Assembly: GCA_963693365.1 (NCBI GenBank)
Contig: CAVNZM010000014.1
Coordinates: forward strand, 2,666,001-2,730,000
Length of the DNA stretch: 64,000 bases
Source of the DNA: Amoebidium appalachense
Taxonomy: Eukaryota > Protista > Ichthyosporea
Direction: 5' to 3'
Made by a program: the position numbers and the translations under genes. The notes beneath the pieces are model-generated. The model was not told the DNA's origin and ran no database searches. It worked only from the letters and a program-made list of their open reading frames with translations. Below are positions 57,445-64,000 of the stretch, piece by piece. Each line of letters starts with the position of its first letter. Within the stretch, counting starts at the first letter, position 1.

Positions 57445-59087
57445 ATGTCTGCTGGCTCACTAGCAGCATGCTGGAAGGGCCCAGTGAGAGTGGAATCCAG
57501 GGGAGGTGTTTGGCACGGAGACCATGTTGCTGTTCGTTACAACGCGAATTGGGTTCTGGAACTGGGCGTGTGTAAAGGTTCGTACGCTCCGATCCCGCAG
57601 TATTTCAACTGTTCATGTCAAGACACCCTCGCCCCCAGCCCCCCTCCCCATTCTTAAGCCTCTTCCTCGCTGTCCCTCCCTTCCCTCCCTCCCTCCTGCC
57701 CTCCCCCCCCCACCACCACCACCACCTTCTGCCTCCTTTTTTTCCTCGAACTTGTGCTTCACCTATGAATACCCGGTTTATGTCCCCCCCTCCCCCCCCC
57801 CCCCCCCCCCCCTTCCTTTTCCTTCTCTACATCCCCAACTCAACGTTCAGCCCGCCCACACAGTTGTCTGCTGAGGCTTACAAGTATTTTCAAACGCTCC
57901 CACAAAGTGCCCCCTCCCCTCCCCCCCCTCCCCCCACACCCCCCACCTCACCCCCCACTCCCGAAAAAAAGAAAAGGGGGGGGGGAGGGGGGCAGGATAG
58001 CACATTACTCACGTGTTTGCTCACTTCTACTCTCCTTTCTTCTCCTTGCACAATGCCCTTGCTGTCAGCCCGGTTCTATTGTTTCCTGGATACCTGGGCC
58101 TGGCGCATCATCCAGCTGCACACACACACCACTTCTCCCACGTTCCCTTTTTGCCCTGTTTTTTCTAGGTGTTGACGCAAGCCACGTCCGTTGATTGTTA
58201 CTGTCTCCCTCCCTCCCCTCCCCCCCCCCCCCCCCCCCTTCCTCCCCTCCCCCCCCCCCCCCCACACACACACACACATACAAACACACACACATCACCA
58301 CCACCACGACTACCGCCGCCTCTTCCCCGTGTGATGTCCTCTGCTTATACTATTGCCTTTTCGAACACTTTTTTGTCGACTGCCCAGATCACAACACAGT
58401 TAACATAGTTACAGCAGCTAGGCAACGCTCAGAGATAACGCATTGGCTTCTTTAATCTACCAACGAGCTTGTTTCTGGAGGACGTTTATTCTGTCTATGT
58501 GCTGCTGGCAGGAAAGGGAGAATAGGGACTTCAAGTTGGAGTTTATGTGTTGTTGTGTTTGTGCTTGTCTGGGTGGGGTGGTTGGGCACGGTGGGGAGGG
58601 AAGGAGGTGCGGGGGGTGACGAGGGAGTTGGGGGAGGGGGAGTTGGGATTAGGGTGTGTGTATGTTGGGGGGGGGGGGGGGGGGGGTTCATGTGAACTCG
58701 ACATTTCGGTGAAGGCTTCCTTGGTGCTTAGAATAACCGTGCCCCCCCCCCCCCCCCCCCCCCCCGGCCCTCCTCCAAAAAAAAACAAGAAAAAAAAAAA
58801 AAAACAACCCCTCCTCCTTCCTCGGGTTCACTTTTTGTGGGTGGGGACCAAGATTTGCGTAATGGCAAGCAATGGGATGGAAGGGTACAGCCGTTTTGTA
58901 GCAGAAAGGTGAACATGCACGGTTCCTGACTTGTCCCGTTGCTGTAATACAGGTGCGGGACCGGAGACCAAGTTGCCCCTTGCCGGCGTGGGAATAAGGC
59001 AACATCCAGGTATCGATCAATCTTTAATACTGCTCTTTCCCTGTATCCCCCCCCCCCCCCCCCCCCTCCCCCCCCCTTCCTCCCTCA

Positions 59088-59140
<53 letters not shown>

Positions 59141-59317
59141 CACACTCACACTCACACTCTCACTCACTCACTCACTCCCTCACTCACACACACACCCCAT
59201 CCCACCGCCTCCTTGTCATCGACCCCTTCTTGGGACCAAAAAAAGGGAAAGTCAAAAGGTAGGATTGGTGGATAGATTGGTGATCTGGATGGTGGTGCCG
59301 TGGTGGTGGTGGTGGTG

Positions 59318-59368
<51 letters not shown>

Positions 59369-59601
59369 AGGGGGGGGACGGGGGGGGAGGGGGGAGGGGG
59401 GGGAGGGGGAGGGGGGGAGAGGGGGAGGAGACAGTGCTCGGCCGTGCCTCTTACCGGTAAGGTATAGATCATCCGCATTTTGTATTCTGCTCTATGGTTA
59501 GTGAAAAAAAAAATTTGTTAGGGGGGGGGGGGGGGGGGGGGGGGGAGGAAGGGGGTTTTTTACTAGTGAAGGAGACCCTCAATGGATGGGGGAATGGCGG
59601 T

Positions 59602-59635
<34 letters not shown>

Positions 59636-60825
59636 GGGCATTTGGTCAGTAATTAAGGATGGATCAAACGAAGAAATTCACGATGCAAGAAAAATTATTA
59701 ATAATGGTAGCTGGTGCACCTACAGACACCATCTGCTTCCGCTCGGGTGCACTGAGCAAAGGAGGGAAATCGTTTACTCTCTTGCATGGGCTGGCGGACT
59801 CGGTGAATAGCGCAAAGAGGAGTGCAAATAAGTTTCTGGATGCTGTAAGGCAGATTCGACTGGAAGGTATGTGCAGAATGTTTCAATTTTTTTAGGAAGT
59901 TATCTGGTTGTTTTTTTTTTAATTCTCATTGTGTGTGTTTTTTTAACGGTGTTTGTTCGATTTCTGTGTGTCATGCATGCTTTCATCTTTCTGGAACCCA
60001 TGGGACATGTTTCCAGTATGTGATTCTTTTCTAAGGAAGTTGTTCGAGGTTTGGGTATATGGCATGTTTCCATTTTTTCTAGAAGGTATGTGTTCTGTTT
60101 ATCTTTATTTGTAGTTGTTTGAGTTTTGTGTCCTCACGTGTTTCCAGTTTTCTGGAAAGCTTGTGGTATTTTTTCGTTTTTCTGAAGGTTTGTGTGTATA
60201 CGGCCTGTTTCCATTTTTCTGGAAAGCATGTAGCACGTTTCCATTTTTCTGGGAGGTATGTGATATTTTGTTTTTTTTTCGTTTCTGGCAGTTTTGTATG
60301 GTAGTGGAAGCTGTAGATGTATCCGGTCCAAGGTTACATGTATACAGAGAGTAAGAGCAGATATGTCTGATCTTGAATATGGTAGATTTCCAACATGTTT
60401 TCTCTGTTTAGTTTATATGTGCAGATTATGAACATAGGTCCCCCCCCCCCCCCCCCCCCCCCGTCCTCCTCCTCTCTCATTTTTTTGTTGGGTGATGGGG
60501 GGGGGGGGGGGGGGGGGGGGGGGGACGGCCACAAACCGGATTCTCGAAGACTTCTAATCCTAAACCAAGGTGATTTAGAAAATTAAGGAAGAAAGAGGGG
60601 GGGAAGGTGGGGAGACAACCCCGATTTTCGAATATTTCTGTATTTTTGCCCACTTGCACACTGACTGCCTCACACAGAGGCCCTTCACAGCCAATCCAAC
60701 ACTGATGGTTATTTCGAGTCTGGTACAGTCTGCAAAGACCATGCTGGTGTTTATTCCCCCCCCCCCCCCCCCCCCCCCCCCCCGGCCGCCAATCCACCCA
60801 AGCACACACTCGTGCATGCGCCCGT

Positions 60826-60901
<76 letters not shown>

Positions 60902-62736
60902 ACACGTACACACGTACACACGTACACACACACACCACATGCGGCCACGATTTGCAGTTATACATAACGCAAAAGAGGCTGCCTAACTCTACAATCTCTA
61001 TAGTTCACCTTCCTCCCCCTCCCCCCCCCCCCCTCTCCCTTCCCCACCCTCCTCCCCCACAAAAAAAAAAAAAGAAAAAGAAAAAAAGAATAAAAAGAAT
61101 AAAGTAAGTAAATTATGAAATGAAATGAAAAGGACGAAGAAGAAGAAGAAGAAGGCAGTGACGGGGATAATGAAGTGGGAATGAGAAGAAAAAAGGAAAG
61201 AGGAAGAAAATATGCACACTTCATACACGTTGGCTTCTCTTGCACACTCCCAAATTCTCGTGTTCACTTTGCCGGCACTGTGGTGTTTTGGTTGTGTCCT
61301 TCTTGTTGCACGACTGAAGCACTGACTGGCTTGCGTTCTTTCTTTTTTCCTTTCTTTTCTTTTTTTTCCCACCTTTTTTTTCCCAAAAAATTCTCAGGAA
61401 TAGCCGGAAACGGGTCGATCGTTGATCGGGTCCAACGTATACAGCAGGTATGGTATTATTGATCCTCATTGCGATATTGCAGTTTCATGATTGGCAGTTC
61501 ATCAAACCATGAACACACACATAAGCGCACACATGAACACACTTCACAGGCACTGTATGCTAACCATGAACACACATAAGCGCACACATGAGCACACTTC
61601 ACAGGCACTGTATGCTGTGTATATAAAGATGCTCATTATAGATCGTACATGTACATCGAATGCACCGTCTGGTAAAAAAAAAAAAAAAAAAAAAAAAGGC
61701 ACTCGCTATAGAGTACTCAATGCATCCACTAAAAATATAAGAAGGCACTCGCTACAGAGTATTCACCACATATTCTAAAAATAAAGAGGCACTCGCTATA
61801 GAGCTATAGAGTATTCACCACATATTATAAATATAAAGAGGCACTCGCTATAGAGTATTCACGACATCCACTAAATATTAAAAGGCACTCGCTATAGAGT
61901 ATCCACCGCATCCACTAAATATAAAAATATATAATGTATAAACACGGCATCGGCTATAAACAGCAGGTGCTTTTTTATCAGCCGTGTTTTGGCTTCCAAT
62001 CGATCCCTTTGGTCGTTTATTCCGCCTCTCCGATCCACCTTTGCAACTAGTCTCATTTTCCGTTATAAAAATGCACAAAAAAACCACAGTTCTTTTATAT
62101 TGTTGAGGCCCGGCCGCTAACACATACCTCACTATCGTCTTTCCTTTTTTCCTTTTTCCGTTACAGCCTATTCACCTTCCTGTGCGTTCCAAACCACACC
62201 ATGCCTCAATTTTTTTCCTAAGAAATGCACAAAAAACCACAGTTCTTTTAAATTGTTTAATTCGGCCGCTAACACATACCCACTCTCTTTTTTCCTTTTT
62301 CTTCCTCTTACAGCCGATTCACCCACCTGTGCATTCCAAACCACACCATGTACCCAAAAAGGCACATGCTTCAACACTTGGCAAAAAATCAACCCCCACG
62401 GAAAATAGCACCGATGACTCTTCGGGTGTGCCTCAGTTGCTGCGTCCGTCGTCACCAGACTCACCCGTCTCCTTGAGTTCTCTTTCTCCAAAGATAAATC
62501 GATTGTATGTGCCTTGTCCCCCCCTCCCCCCTCCCCCTCCCTCCCCCCCCCCCCCCCAACCGCCGCCTACCCCCCCCCCCCCCCCCCCAAAAAAAAAGCC
62601 CCGTGTCCGTGTGCGCACGCGCGCGCGCGCGCACACGCACACACGTACATACACACACACACACACACCATACCCCACCACCACCACTACCACTTTCCAG
62701 CGCCCGTGCACACGCACACACACGAATACACAGACA

Positions 62737-62827
<91 letters not shown>

Positions 62828-63278
62828 TTCCTTGCTCATCGACTGTCGACCGGTCTACTGTCGGTTTTGTACATGCGCACAGGTCTTCATCCACGTGAAG
62901 CACATCACACCGATGCAAGCAAAACATGAGAAAAGCATGTTGTCTTACAACAAACCCTTGTTGTGAAACCATTTTATTATTCCTACTTGCTCACGAACAG
63001 GACCCCCCCCCCCTCCCCCTTCTCCCCTCTTCCCCCCTTCTCCCTCTCCCCCTCCGCCGCCCCCCTCCCCCCCCCCCCCCCCCCCCCTTTTCGGCCAAAA
63101 ATCAAAAAAAATAATGTAAGGAAATGAAGAAAAATGAGCTGTGTGCCCTGGTTTTATCCATGCCTGCCCGCGTTGTGATCAATGAAGATATTATATGCAG
63201 GGCGAATGGATCTACGGAGTCGATGAAAAGACAGCTAGAGGAATCTAAAGACCATCGTACTACGTCCAAAAGACTGAG
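57445..63278 (+). CDS. Multi-exon gene of unknown function, possibly with an N-terminal PH-like fold; continues 3'
   Basis: Phase-consistent GT-AG exons 57445-57577, 58953-59009, 59690-59866, 61398-61447, 62314-62504 and 63201-63278 give [17 protein letters not shown]...[21 protein letters not shown]...TICFRS...LLHGLADSV, then a Ser/Pro-rich region. A GCTAAC branch point and pyrimidine tract precede 62314. Confidence 0.55.
61503..61616. repeat. ~56-bp tandem duplication
   Basis: AACCATGAACACACATAAGCGCACACATGA.CACACTTCACAGGCACTGTATGCT occurs twice. Confidence 0.85.
61695..61960. repeat. ~45-bp degenerate tandem repeat with core GGCACTCGCTATAGAGTA
   Basis: Five clear copies plus one decayed copy. 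Confidence 0.85.
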
Positions 63279-63297
63279 GTGGCAATATCCCTCCCTC

Positions 63298-63334
<37 letters not shown>

Positions 63335-63800
63335 ATAACACACAGACACACGCACGCGCACATGTGCACCCTCATACATGCTCACTCACACACTTATATT
63401 CACCTACTCACGCTCACATACACTTCATGCACGGAGGGATGGAGAGTATGAAAAGGGGGAGGATGCAATGGGGAGGGGGGGACGGGGGGGAGGGAGGGGG
63501 GGGGGGGAGGGGGGAGGGGGGAGGGGGGGGTCTCTGAGTAATCACCTGAACGACTAAACAAAAGAACTGTCACAGAAACCCAGATATATATACAGCACAC
63601 GATTTGTATACTGCAATGGTCTACCTATCGGTGTTTGCGCACAAAAAGTGATGCGGTTTTTTTTGTCGGTAGCCCCCCCTCCCCCTCTCCCCCCCCCCCC
63701 CCCCCCCCCCCCCCCCCATTTTTTTTTTCCGGACTCCTCTCTTTCATTCCCAAAGCAAGCACGCGGCTTCACTGACTTTCTTTGCACACAGAGATAGTGT

Positions 63801-63871
<71 letters not shown>

Positions 63872-64000
63872 GGGGGGGGCATTGAAGGGGAGGGTTCGAG
63901 GGGGGGGGGGGGGGAGGGGTGTGAGTAGGTGTGTAAGAGGTGGGACTGGGGGAAGGTGGGGAGGGGACGGGGGGGAGGGGGGGAGGGGGGAAAGTGAGAT

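Overview
Eukaryotic, intron-rich genomic DNA, probably opisthokont (taxon not determinable from the window), saturated with poly-G/poly-C tracts and (CA)n/(GA)n microsatellites. Almost all ORFs in the supplied track are microsatellite artefacts. Manual splicing recovers three multi-exon genes: a ~24-exon SH3-PX-BAR sorting nexin (minus, 19282-38731), a CACUL1-like cullin-repeat gene (minus, ~52935-57073) and a divergently transcribed gene with a possible N-terminal PH-like fold (plus, 57445 to beyond 63278). There is also an intronless Thr-rich mucin-like membrane protein gene (12977-16333). The left end holds the 3' part of a LINE-type RT element joined to a young non-autonomous Gypsy-like LTR element. 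That element has a tRNA-iMet PBS, a 5' LTR copy starting at an Inr-like TCAGT, and a non-gag/pol ORF that may be expressed by splicing from the LTR. Other mobile DNA includes two TAG...CTA elements with 9-bp TSDs (AcademH-like), a Harbinger-type MITE and a hairpin-rich dispersed repeat anchored on G-tracts. Introns repeatedly contain tandem copies of their own splice junctions.
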